This document shows positions 56,429 to 64,000 of a stretch of DNA of 64,000 bases, piece by piece (the first letter of the stretch is position 1; the number at the start of each line of letters is the position of its first letter). The notes below the pieces were generated by a model. The model worked only from the letters and a program-made list of their open reading frames with translations. It was not told the DNA's origin and did no database searches. A program made the translations under genes and the position numbers. Source of the DNA: a bacterium (GTDB lineage Bacteria > Patescibacteriota > JABMPQ01 > JAUVWW01); contig JAUVWW010000001.1 in the NCBI GenBank assembly GCA_030603885.1, forward strand, positions 135,242-199,241, in the 5' to 3' direction.

Positions 56429-57439
56429 TTATTTCAAAATCAAATCCAATTTCTCTCCACACTTAGAACATTTTCCGTCTTTATCAAATCTCTTTATAGA
56501 ATACCCAAGTCTTTCAATAACCAACTCATCACATTTTGGACAATAAGTATTTTCTCCTTCATCACCTGGAAGATTTCCTGTGTAAACATATTTTAATCCC
56601 ATCTTTTTACCAATATCTCGAGCCTTATGTATTGCTTCAACTGGTGTAGCTGGAAGATCCATTAGTTTATAGGCTGGATAAAATTGTGAAATATGCCAAG
56701 GAACTTCTGGTCCCAGCTCATTTTTTATAAAAGAAGCAATATTTTTGTATTCTTCTTCTTTATCATTCAAAGTGGGAATGATCAAAGTAGTCACTTCTAG
56801 CCAAATTCCAGCTTTTTTTATCCTTTTTAAAGTTTCAAGGACTGGTTTGACTCTTGCTCCGCAATTTTCTTGATAAACTTTATCAGTAAATGATTTTAAG
56901 TCGCAATTTACTCCATCTAAATAAGGGGCAACTAGCTCAAAAGCTTCTTTAGTCATAAAACCATTGGTTACCCAAGAGTTTTTTAAACCTTCAGCTTTAG
57001 CTAATTTCATAGTATCCAAAGCATATTCAATAAAGATAGTTGGTTCAGTATAAGTATAAGAAACACCATGACATTTTTGTTCCTTGGCATGTTTGACGAT
57101 CTCTTCGGGTGAAAGATCCTCACCCCAAATCTGACCATTTTCTTTTGGACTTTGAGCAGTCTCCCAATTCTGACAGTTTTTACATCTAAAATTACAGCCG
57201 ACGGTGGCAACGGATAGAGAAGTAGTGCCTGGCAAAAAATGAAAAAGAGGTTTCTTTTCTATAGGGTCAACATGCTCAGCACATGCTTTACCATAGACTA
57301 AGGAATGGAGTTTTTCCGCTTTGTTTTCTCTTACCCCGCAAATTCCACGTTTGTCAGGTAAAATAGTACACCGGTGGCTACAGAGATTACATTGGACTTC
57401 CTTGTTTTTTAATTTTTTATAAAGCAGGGCTTCTTTCAT
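56429..57439 (-). CDS. AmmeMemoRadiSam system radical SAM enzyme (amrS-like)
   Basis: CNFRCKNCQNW radical SAM motif preceded by N-terminal CNLCSHRC..GICGV motif; C-terminal CPKCD...CSKCG zinc-ribbon-like tail. Confidence 0.7.
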   Translation of the reverse strand: MKEALLYKKLKNKEVQCNLCSHRCTILPDKRGICGVRENKAEKLHSLVYGKACAEHVDPIEKKPLFHFLPGTTSLSVATVGCNFRCKNCQNWETAQSPKENGQIWGEDLSPEEIVKHAKEQKCHGVSYTYTEPTIFIEYALDTMKLAKAEGLKNSWVTNGFMTKEAFELVAPYLDGVNCDLKSFTDKVYQENCGARVKPVLETLKRIKKAGIWLEVTTLIIPTLNDKEEEYKNIASFIKNELGPEVPWHISQFYPAYKLMDLPATPVEAIHKARDIGKKMGLKYVYTGNLPGDEGENTYCPKCDELVIERLGYSIKRFDKDGKCSKCGEKLDLILK

Positions 57440-57490
57440 ACTTTCATTATACTGCCTTTGATGGTATAATACAAGACGTAAGTTATTTCC

Positions 57491-58054
57491 ATGAAACATC
57501 GTATTTTCATCGCTATTAACCTTTCAGAGAAAGCAAAATCAGAGGTTCTAGATGCTCAAGAAAGGATGAAAAAATTTGAACTACCTGTAAGATGGATTAC
57601 TAAAGAGGCTCTTCATATAACTTTAGCTTTTCTTGGCTATTTAGAAGATGAACAACTGGAAGAAGTTAAAAAAGTAGTAGAAGAAGCTACTAAGGAAATT
57701 AGCTCCTTTAGACTTTCAACTGGAGAGCTAGATTTCTTTCCCAATATTAAGAGGGCTAGAGTAGTGGTAATCCACATAGAAGGGGATACTGTGGTCTTTC
57801 AAATGAACAAGAATTTAAGAGAAGGCCTAGTCAAACTCCCTTATATTAGACTCGAAAAAAGGGCTTTTAAACCTCATTTAACTTTGGCTAGAGTAAAAAA
57901 GGAAGGGTGGGGAAGAAAAAGTGGAGCCCTAGAGCAGTTAAAAGAGATTAAAATTCATGCTAATTGGGAAGTAAAAAGCATTGATGTTATGGAAAGTAAA
58001 CTTAGCCCAAAAGGAGCAAAGTATAAGGTAGTTAAGAGTTGTGAGTTAAAATGA
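57491..58054 (+). CDS. thpR: RNA 2',3'-cyclic phosphodiesterase (2H family, LigT/ThpR)
   Basis: Two H-x-T/S-x motifs (HITLAF and HLTLAR). Confidence 0.75.
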   Translation: MKHRIFIAINLSEKAKSEVLDAQERMKKFELPVRWITKEALHITLAFLGYLEDEQLEEVKKVVEEATKEISSFRLSTGELDFFPNIKRARVVVIHIEGDTVVFQMNKNLREGLVKLPYIRLEKRAFKPHLTLARVKKEGWGRKSGALEQLKEIKIHANWEVKSIDVMESKLSPKGAKYKVVKSCELK

Positions 58055-58878
58055 AAATAGATATTTTAGGAGTCAAAGTCAATAAGATAACCCAAAAAGA
58101 AGTTATACAAAGAGTGGGGGAGTGGCTCTCTCAAAAAGGGGGTAAATATTATATTGTCACTCCTAATCCAGAGTTTGTCATGGCTGCACAGAAAGATGAA
58201 GAGTTTAAAAATATTCTAAATAAAGCTGATATTGCTATACCCGATGGAGTTGGGCTACTTTGGGCAGCGAAATTTCTTAGTTTAAAGTCAAAACAAAAGT
58301 TAAAGGTTTTCTTACAGTTTATTTACACCCAGCTAAGTCTGATCTTTTATCCTAGGTATTGTAGGACTGTAATTCCAGAACGAGTTACAGGTTCTGATCT
58401 AATTTGGAAAATTGCCAAACTTTCTGAACAAAAGAATTGTTCAATTTATTTGCTGGGCGCAGAAGAAGGGGTAGCTCGAAAAGCAGCTGGGAAATTAAAA
58501 GAAAAATACAAGGATTTAAAAATAGCTGAAGCAGAGCTAGGAATGAAAAATACAGAATTTAGAATTGAAAATCCGGAATTAGTAAATAGAATTAACAGAA
58601 GACAACCTGATATTCTTCTTGTAGCTTTTGGACATCCAAAACAAGAGAAATGGATTGCCAGAAACTTAAATAAATTAGAAAATATAAAAGTAGCCGTTGG
58701 AGTAGGGGGAGCCTTTGACTTTATTGCTGGCAAGGCTAAAAGAGCACCTGGAATTCTCAGAAAACTAGGATTAGAATGGCTTTGGCGATTATTTGTTGAA
58801 CCTTGGCGGGCAAAGAGAATCTGGACAGCAACCTTTAAATTTCCTTGGCAAGTTTTTCAATATAAAATAAAAGGCTGA
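58051..58878 (+). CDS. WecG/TagA/CpsF family glycosyltransferase
   Basis: Length and pattern (GSDLIW...LLG...VAFGHPKQEKWI...VGVGGAFDF) typical of the family. Confidence 0.7.
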   Translation: MKIDILGVKVNKITQKEVIQRVGEWLSQKGGKYYIVTPNPEFVMAAQKDEEFKNILNKADIAIPDGVGLLWAAKFLSLKSKQKLKVFLQFIYTQLSLIFYPRYCRTVIPERVTGSDLIWKIAKLSEQKNCSIYLLGAEEGVARKAAGKLKEKYKDLKIAEAELGMKNTEFRIENPELVNRINRRQPDILLVAFGHPKQEKWIARNLNKLENIKVAVGVGGAFDFIAGKAKRAPGILRKLGLEWLWRLFVEPWRAKRIWTATFKFPWQVFQYKIKG

Positions 58879-58892
58879 GCAAAGCCCAGCCT
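58874..58892. terminator. short imperfect hairpin (GGCTGAGC-AAA-GCCCAGCC) between convergent genes
   Basis: Inverted repeat read from sequence; no strong T-run, so function uncertain. Confidence 0.25.
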
Positions 58893-58896
58893 AAAG

Positions 58897-59064
58897 CTAA
58901 TGACTTCTGTATCTCCAACCATCTGGATCACACCAGCTCGATGGCTTACCACTGCAATCATCTTGTTCAGGACAACCTCTGCAGAATTCCTCCTTCTTTC
59001 CAGATCTTTCCCAAAAAGCTATTATAACAAGAACTACCAATAAGACTATCAATAATTCACCCAT
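58897..59064 (-). CDS. unlisted small Cys-rich membrane protein (55 aa) with near-perfect RBS
   Basis: Minus-strand ATG at 59064 preceded by AGGAGGTG at 6-nt spacing; translation MGELLIVLLVVLVIIAFWERSGKKEEFCRGCPEQDDCSGKPSSWCDPDGWRYRSH; below the 60-aa cutoff of the ORF track. Confidence 0.45.
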   Translation of the reverse strand: MGELLIVLLVVLVIIAFWERSGKKEEFCRGCPEQDDCSGKPSSWCDPDGWRYRSH

Positions 59065-59146
59065 TTTTCACCTCCTAAAAGATCAAAAATTGTTCAATTT
59101 CTATTTATATCTTATTACAGCTAGAATATTTAGTCAAATTTAAAAT

Positions 59147-59407
59147 ATGCTAGACTATGCTAAACAAGAAAAGTTTAGGGCAATATATAGAAAAATTAAT
59201 CCAAACTGGCACGATGGCATTTGGCACTATGAACAATTATTTAAAAAACATGGTTTTCGAAAAGAACAGTTGCTTGCCATTGGCGATCCTACCTATATTG
59301 CTTTTTCTAGAAGATGGTTTAAAATAGGAGTGGCTTTAGAAAAAATAATAGATAAGTTATTTCCTTTTACTAAAGTTCATTTAGTTGGATCATTTAAGAA
59401 AATATAA
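59147..59407 (+). CDS. hypothetical protein
   Basis: ORF only. Confidence 0.3.
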   Translation: MLDYAKQEKFRAIYRKINPNWHDGIWHYEQLFKKHGFRKEQLLAIGDPTYIAFSRRWFKIGVALEKIIDKLFPFTKVHLVGSFKKI

Positions 59408-59411
59408 TTCT

Positions 59412-60977
59412 ATGCTTAAAGCTGTCCGCGTTCGCATCGCGCCCTCACCAACCGGCCCTTTACACATCGGTACTGCTCGTACTGCGCTTTTTAATTATTT
59501 GTTTGCTAAAAAGTTAAAAGGAAAATTTGTCTTAAGAATTGAAGATACTGACCTAGAACGCTCTGATCCTAAATATGAAAAAGATATCACTGATGGTCTA
59601 AAATGGCTTGGAATAGACTATAATGAAGGTCCGGATATCAAAGGAAAATACGGACCTTATAGACAGTCAGAACGGCTAAAAACCTATGAAAAACACATCA
59701 AACAGCTCCTGGATAGGGGAGAAGCTTACTTTTGCTATTGTACTGAGCAAGAGCTAGAAAAAGAAAGGAAAGAAATGTTAGCCAATGGCCTAGCTCCCAA
59801 GTATAGTGGTAAGTGTAGAGAGCTTACTGAAAAACAAAGAAAAGAATTAGAAAAACAAGGAAGAAGACCAATTATTAGATTTAAAACTCCAAAGAAGACT
59901 CTAAAGTTTAAAGACCTAATTAGAGGAGAATTAGAATTTGATACAGATCTAATTGGTGATTTTTCTATTGCTAAAGTTTATCCTGATGGCAGGCACATTC
60001 CACTTTATAACTTTGCCGTAGTCATTGATGACTATCTGATGAAAATCAGTCATGTTATCCGAGGAGAGGATCATATTCCTAACACTCCAAAACAAATTTT
60101 AATTCAAGAAGCTCTAGGATTTCCCCAACCAAAGTATGCCCATCTTCCTTTAATTCTAAATCCGGATCGAACAAAACTTTCAAAACGTCATGCTCTGGTG
60201 TCTATTTCAGAATATAGAAAACAAGGTTATCTTCCGAAAGCTTTGAACAACTTTTTTGTTCTTTTAGGTTGGAATCCGAAAACAACCAAAGAAATATTTT
60301 CCATGAAAGAATTAATTAAAGAATTTAGCCTAGAAGGGGTGCAGAAGGGTGGGGCAGTATTTAATATTAAAAGATTAGATTGGATTAATGGCTATTACAT
60401 TCGGAAAATGGATCTAGACAAACTTGCGTCAAAGTGTATTCCATATCTAATTGAAGCTGACTTAATTACTCCTGTTCCAGGGGAGTCAACTTCTTTAATT
60501 CCTGGACTTACATCCCAAGCTTTTCCAGGAGCCTTTGTGGCTGGCGAATATGAAATTAAAGAAACAGGAGAAAAAATTACATTGAATTATATAAAGAAAG
60601 TCATTGCTTTAGAACAAGAGCGAATGAAAAAACTAAGTGAGATAGGGGAGATAACAAAATTTTTCTTTGTCAAACAACCAGAATATGATCTAGAATTGCT
60701 TAGATGGAAGAAAATGACAAACAAAGAGATAAAGGATTCATTAAGACTAGCTAAACAAACTTTAGAGGCTGTACCTGACAAGCAATTTAGGAAAAAAGAC
60801 CTAGAAAAAATTCTTATGGTCCAGGCTAAAAAGACTGGAACAGGGGAGTTATTATGGCCTCTAAGAGTAGCTTTGACTGGAAAAAAAGGCTCTCCAGGAC
60901 CCTTTGAAATATTAGAGGTATTAGGAAAAAAGAAAGCTCTAGAGCGAATAGAAAATGCCTTTAAAAAACTAGCTTAA
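59412..60977 (+). CDS. gltX: glutamyl-tRNA synthetase
   Basis: HIGH motif (PSPTGPLHIGTART), KMSKS variant (KLSKR), class I GluRS layout. Confidence 0.85.
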   Translation: MLKAVRVRIAPSPTGPLHIGTARTALFNYLFAKKLKGKFVLRIEDTDLERSDPKYEKDITDGLKWLGIDYNEGPDIKGKYGPYRQSERLKTYEKHIKQLLDRGEAYFCYCTEQELEKERKEMLANGLAPKYSGKCRELTEKQRKELEKQGRRPIIRFKTPKKTLKFKDLIRGELEFDTDLIGDFSIAKVYPDGRHIPLYNFAVVIDDYLMKISHVIRGEDHIPNTPKQILIQEALGFPQPKYAHLPLILNPDRTKLSKRHALVSISEYRKQGYLPKALNNFFVLLGWNPKTTKEIFSMKELIKEFSLEGVQKGGAVFNIKRLDWINGYYIRKMDLDKLASKCIPYLIEADLITPVPGESTSLIPGLTSQAFPGAFVAGEYEIKETGEKITLNYIKKVIALEQERMKKLSEIGEITKFFFVKQPEYDLELLRWKKMTNKEIKDSLRLAKQTLEAVPDKQFRKKDLEKILMVQAKKTGTGELLWPLRVALTGKKGSPGPFEILEVLGKKKALERIENAFKKLA

Positions 60978-61007
60978 ATCACCTACAGTTGATTTTGGCT
61001 TTTAAAT

Positions 61008-62312
61008 ATGATATACTATATAGAGAAGCTAATTAGCTCTAAATCAATGAAGAGGGAAGTAGTAAAGATAAAAACAAAAATAGCCAAAAAAAGGCTTTTT
61101 GGTGTGCTCATTTTGAGTGCTATCTTAGTTTTAATTCCTTTATTGGCTATCCGAGGCTCTACTATTTCTGAACTTAACCAACAGATTTCTGAAAAGAGAG
61201 AAGATATTTCAAGCCTGGATGCAAAAATGGAGTCTCTGGAGGCAGATATAGTTGCCAAACAAGAAAAATCAGCTACTCTTAAAAGTCAGATAGAAATTAT
61301 AGATGCTGAAATTCAAAAAACTACTCAAGAGATAGAGAAAACCAAAACAGAGATAGAGATAACTAACTTAGAAATTGAGAATGTAGAGCTTCAAATTCAA
61401 GAAAAAGAGCAAGAGGTTAAAAAACAAAAAGAAATATTAGCCGAATTTATTAGAGTCTTGCATGAATATGATCAGAAAAATCCAGTTGAAATACTTCTAG
61501 CCTATGATACCTTGTCTAGTTTTATGGATCAGGTGGAGTATCTTAAGCTTATCGAGAACAATCAACAGCTGGCCCTAGACAAGCTTCAAGATCTAAAACA
61601 AGAGTTAGAATGGAAAAAGGTTGAACTTACCTCAAAAAAATCAGAACTAGAAGACCTAGAAGCTAAATTAGAAGAAACTAAAACAAGACTAGATGCTGAG
61701 ATGTATGGAAGGGTTCGATTACTTGATTTAACTCAAGGACAAGAAGTTCAATATCGAAACTTACTTGAGAAAGCAGAAGAAGAATATCAAAGAGTAAATG
61801 CAGAAATAGCTGCTGTCCAAAAAGAGTATCAGAAAAAGTTAGAGGAAGCTCGAAAAAAGAATATCCTGGGAGGTCCTATAAAAGGTGCTGTCTCTCTAGC
61901 TTGGCCAGTTGACCCTTCGGGAAGAATTACGGCTTATTTTATGGATCCTACATATACAGAATGGTTCAAACGTTGGAATATAAATGTTGTTCACTATGGA
62001 CTAGATATAAAATGTCTTCAAGGAACACTTATTGCCGCAGCTGCTGACGCCTATGTAGTAAAATGTAGAAATGCTGGATATGGATATAGTTATATCATGC
62101 TAGCTCATAATAATGAGATTGCCACTATCTATGGTCATGTATCAGCTTTTAATGTCACTGAGGGGCAATATGTAAAACAAGGAGACATAATTGGACTCTC
62201 CGGGGGAGCACGAGGAACCTTAGGTGCTGGATGGCTTACTACTGGATCTCATTTGCATTTTGAAGTTAGAGTAAATGGAACTCCCGTTGATCCAATGGGA
62301 TATTTGCCCTAG
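61008..62312 (+). CDS. M23 family peptidase with N-terminal coiled-coil (EnvC-like)
   Basis: N-terminal TM, long heptad-rich region, C-terminal M23 motifs (HYGLD, HLHFEVRVNGTPVDP). Confidence 0.7.
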   Translation: MIYYIEKLISSKSMKREVVKIKTKIAKKRLFGVLILSAILVLIPLLAIRGSTISELNQQISEKREDISSLDAKMESLEADIVAKQEKSATLKSQIEIIDAEIQKTTQEIEKTKTEIEITNLEIENVELQIQEKEQEVKKQKEILAEFIRVLHEYDQKNPVEILLAYDTLSSFMDQVEYLKLIENNQQLALDKLQDLKQELEWKKVELTSKKSELEDLEAKLEETKTRLDAEMYGRVRLLDLTQGQEVQYRNLLEKAEEEYQRVNAEIAAVQKEYQKKLEEARKKNILGGPIKGAVSLAWPVDPSGRITAYFMDPTYTEWFKRWNINVVHYGLDIKCLQGTLIAAAADAYVVKCRNAGYGYSYIMLAHNNEIATIYGHVSAFNVTEGQYVKQGDIIGLSGGARGTLGAGWLTTGSHLHFEVRVNGTPVDPMGYLP

Positions 62313-62418
62313 ATTATAGACTTGAAATAGAATAGAGGAGTATTATAATTAAATAAGATAACTTCGTATAATGTAGCTTAATAGAAATAAGAGTAGTAGT
62401 TATATCAGTATTTGGCTT

Positions 62419-63396
62419 ATGTCTATGCAAAAATCTAATAAACCCATAATAAAGCATATAACTGGCTTTTTAGAATATATCGAAGTAGAAAAAGGTCTTT
62501 CTCCATTGACTGTGAAAAATTATGATGAATTTTTAAACAGGTTTAGAAAATGGTTAATATCACAAAATTTGACTGAATTGAAGCCTCATCAGCTCTCTCC
62601 AGAACTTATTTGGAAATATCGTCTTTATTTATCTCGTTCCTTGGACAAGATGCAAAAATCTTTAAAAAAAAGCACTCAGGCTTACTACCTGATTGCACTA
62701 AGAGGATTTCTAAATTATTTTACAGAAAAAGATATTCTATCTCTACCAGCAGATAAAATTAAATTACCAAAATTAAGTCTAAGAGGACGTAAAATAAACT
62801 TCTTAACGCTTGAGCAAATAGAAAAACTATTATTAGCTCCTGACATTAGTAACAAAATTGGTCTTAGAGACAAAGCGATATTAGAAACACTGTTCAGTAC
62901 CGGTCTTAGAGTCTCTGAACTTACAGCTCTAAACCGTGATCAAATTAATATGGAAAATATAAAAAAGAACAAATTTAAAGATCTAGAATTAGGGATTGTT
63001 GGTAAAGGTGGTGTCTCCAGAGTAGTTTATTTTTCAGAACGAGCTCTTAGTTGGATAATTAGATACCTTGAAATTAGAAAAGACGAAGACAAAGCCTTGT
63101 TCATTAACTTTAGACTTGATAAAAATAATATATCTAGACGTCTAACTTCTCGTTCTATAGAAAACATTGTCAAAAAATACGTTAAACAAACTGGCTTGCC
63201 TATTACCACCACTCCTCATACAATAAGACACAGCTATGCTACTGACCTCTTAAACCAAGGTGTAGATCTTAGAGCTATTCAAGAATTTCTCGGACACAGG
63301 AATATTGTAACTACGCAACTATATACTCATGTTACTAATAAACGTCTAAGGGATATTCATCGCAAATTTCATGGTGGCAGTAAACTAAAAGAATAA
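62419..63396 (+). CDS. tyrosine site-specific recombinase (XerC/XerD family)
   Basis: Catalytic R (LRVSEL), HTIRHSYAT, LGHRNIVTTQLYTHV (R-H-R-Y pattern). Confidence 0.75.
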   Translation: MSMQKSNKPIIKHITGFLEYIEVEKGLSPLTVKNYDEFLNRFRKWLISQNLTELKPHQLSPELIWKYRLYLSRSLDKMQKSLKKSTQAYYLIALRGFLNYFTEKDILSLPADKIKLPKLSLRGRKINFLTLEQIEKLLLAPDISNKIGLRDKAILETLFSTGLRVSELTALNRDQINMENIKKNKFKDLELGIVGKGGVSRVVYFSERALSWIIRYLEIRKDEDKALFINFRLDKNNISRRLTSRSIENIVKKYVKQTGLPITTTPHTIRHSYATDLLNQGVDLRAIQEFLGHRNIVTTQLYTHVTNKRLRDIHRKFHGGSKLKE

Positions 63397-63408
63397 TGAA
63401 GAGAAATT

Positions 63409-63975
63409 CTAGTGAACTACAACCGGTGTTCCAATATCTACCCAATTGTAAACCCGCTCTGCTGGACCTACTCCTAGTCTGACACAGCCATGAGAGACGG
63501 GAATTCCAAGGTGCGACTCCCCTTCTTTTATCCCTCCTGCCCACTCTGGAAGCTCATGGATGCCATGCCCCATCCAAGTAAAAGCCATCCAATAAGGCAT
63601 CCATAGATTATAAGTCGATGAATAAGCTCTTTTTACTTTATTGCGAATAGCGAATTGTCCTTTTGGTGTGGGCATAGAATATTTTCCCGTTGAAATTTTA
63701 TAACTTCCAAGATTTCTTCCATCTTCAAAAATAGTTAGAGTTTGGGAAGCTAAATCTATATCAATGTATTTTCCCTCTGTCAATTGTGGAGTTACTTCGA
63801 CTTTAGAGACCACTCTTTCGGCAAACTTAGACCTGATCTTAAAATGACTAACTACTTCTTTTTCTAGATATGAGCCATCTTTGTAGGCTAGCACCCCTGG
63901 GGTTATTTTTATTTCGTATTCAGTATCTTCTTTAAAAGAATCAAAATGAGATAAGGTAAGACTGACATCTTGCAA
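63409..63975 (-). CDS. L,D-transpeptidase (YkuD family)
   Basis: Catalytic HG...SHGCVRL motif. Confidence 0.7.
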   Translation of the reverse strand: MQDVSLTLSHFDSFKEDTEYEIKITPGVLAYKDGSYLEKEVVSHFKIRSKFAERVVSKVEVTPQLTEGKYIDIDLASQTLTIFEDGRNLGSYKISTGKYSMPTPKGQFAIRNKVKRAYSSTYNLWMPYWMAFTWMGHGIHELPEWAGGIKEGESHLGIPVSHGCVRLGVGPAERVYNWVDIGTPVVVH

Positions 63976-64000
63976 AAAAAAATCTGCTTTTATCTTGTGG

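Noticed and set aside
59385-59411. Upstream extension of gltX (ORF track start 59385, overlapping the 86-aa ORF 59147..59407)
   Set aside because: GluRS homologs begin near the MLKAVRVRIAPSP segment, so the Met at 59412 is the more likely start. The 5' extension probably reflects ORF-finder greediness.
1-64000. Search for CRISPR arrays, IS elements, transposases or rRNA genes
   Set aside because: I saw no regularly spaced direct repeats, no DDE or IS-type transposase signatures and no rRNA-like conserved stretches on either strand. The only recombinase is the Xer-type gene at 62419..63396.

Overview
This 64-kb window looks like a compact, low-GC bacterial genome with small, tightly packed genes and short overlaps. 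The gene content suggests a Candidate Phyla Radiation (Patescibacteria-like) lineage, but that is an inference from gene content alone. Recognisable content is listed below in order along the window.

- **1-7.3 kb:** a NiFe hydrogenase whose small and large subunit genes are split by a divergent P1B-type metal ATPase and an archaeal-type two-subunit 2-oxoacid:ferredoxin oxidoreductase. A truncated HypA-like gene follows the large subunit.
- **7.4-19 kb:** a sulfur and Fe-S trafficking and redox block (IscS, IscU, DsbD-like, thioredoxin-fold protein, ZIP transporter, rubrerythrin, ThiI, MnmA, Def, NifU-like, TrxA, YidD, TrxB, Gdh).
- **19-26 kb:** housekeeping genes (RarA, a presenilin-like intramembrane protease, Fpg, prfB with its programmed +1 frameshift, FtsEX) followed by tRNA-Gln.
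- **26-32 kb:** a membrane-anchored VirD4/HerA-like ATPase, a patatin, an amrS-like radical SAM enzyme, an MscS-like protein and an archaemetzincin.
- **32.2-47.1 kb, the most unusual feature:** eight tandem paralogs share a conserved C-terminal PEP-utilising-enzyme phosphohistidine swivel domain (GGxTCHAAIxSRELxIPCV) and carry divergent N-terminal domains of about 400 aa. Interleaved are one standalone PPDK_N-type ATP-grasp nucleotide-binding gene, a histidine-acid-phosphatase-like gene (RHxxRxP motif) and a small accessory gene. The block is bracketed by Apt, MTA phosphorylase and SAH hydrolase. I interpret it as a split, diversified rifampin-phosphotransferase-like (ATP-grasp + substrate domain + His swivel) phosphotransferase system.
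- **47-64 kb:** a rhodanese-domain protein, Fmt, and the AmmeMemoRadiSam genes (AMMECR1, MEMO-like, radical SAM) dispersed among a CofE-like ligase and a geranylgeranyl-reductase-like flavoenzyme. Short duplicated gene-end relics there record a rearrangement. LigT, a WecG/TagA glycosyltransferase, GltX, an M23 peptidase, a Xer recombinase and an L,D-transpeptidase complete the window.

I recognised no CRISPR array, rRNA or transposase.
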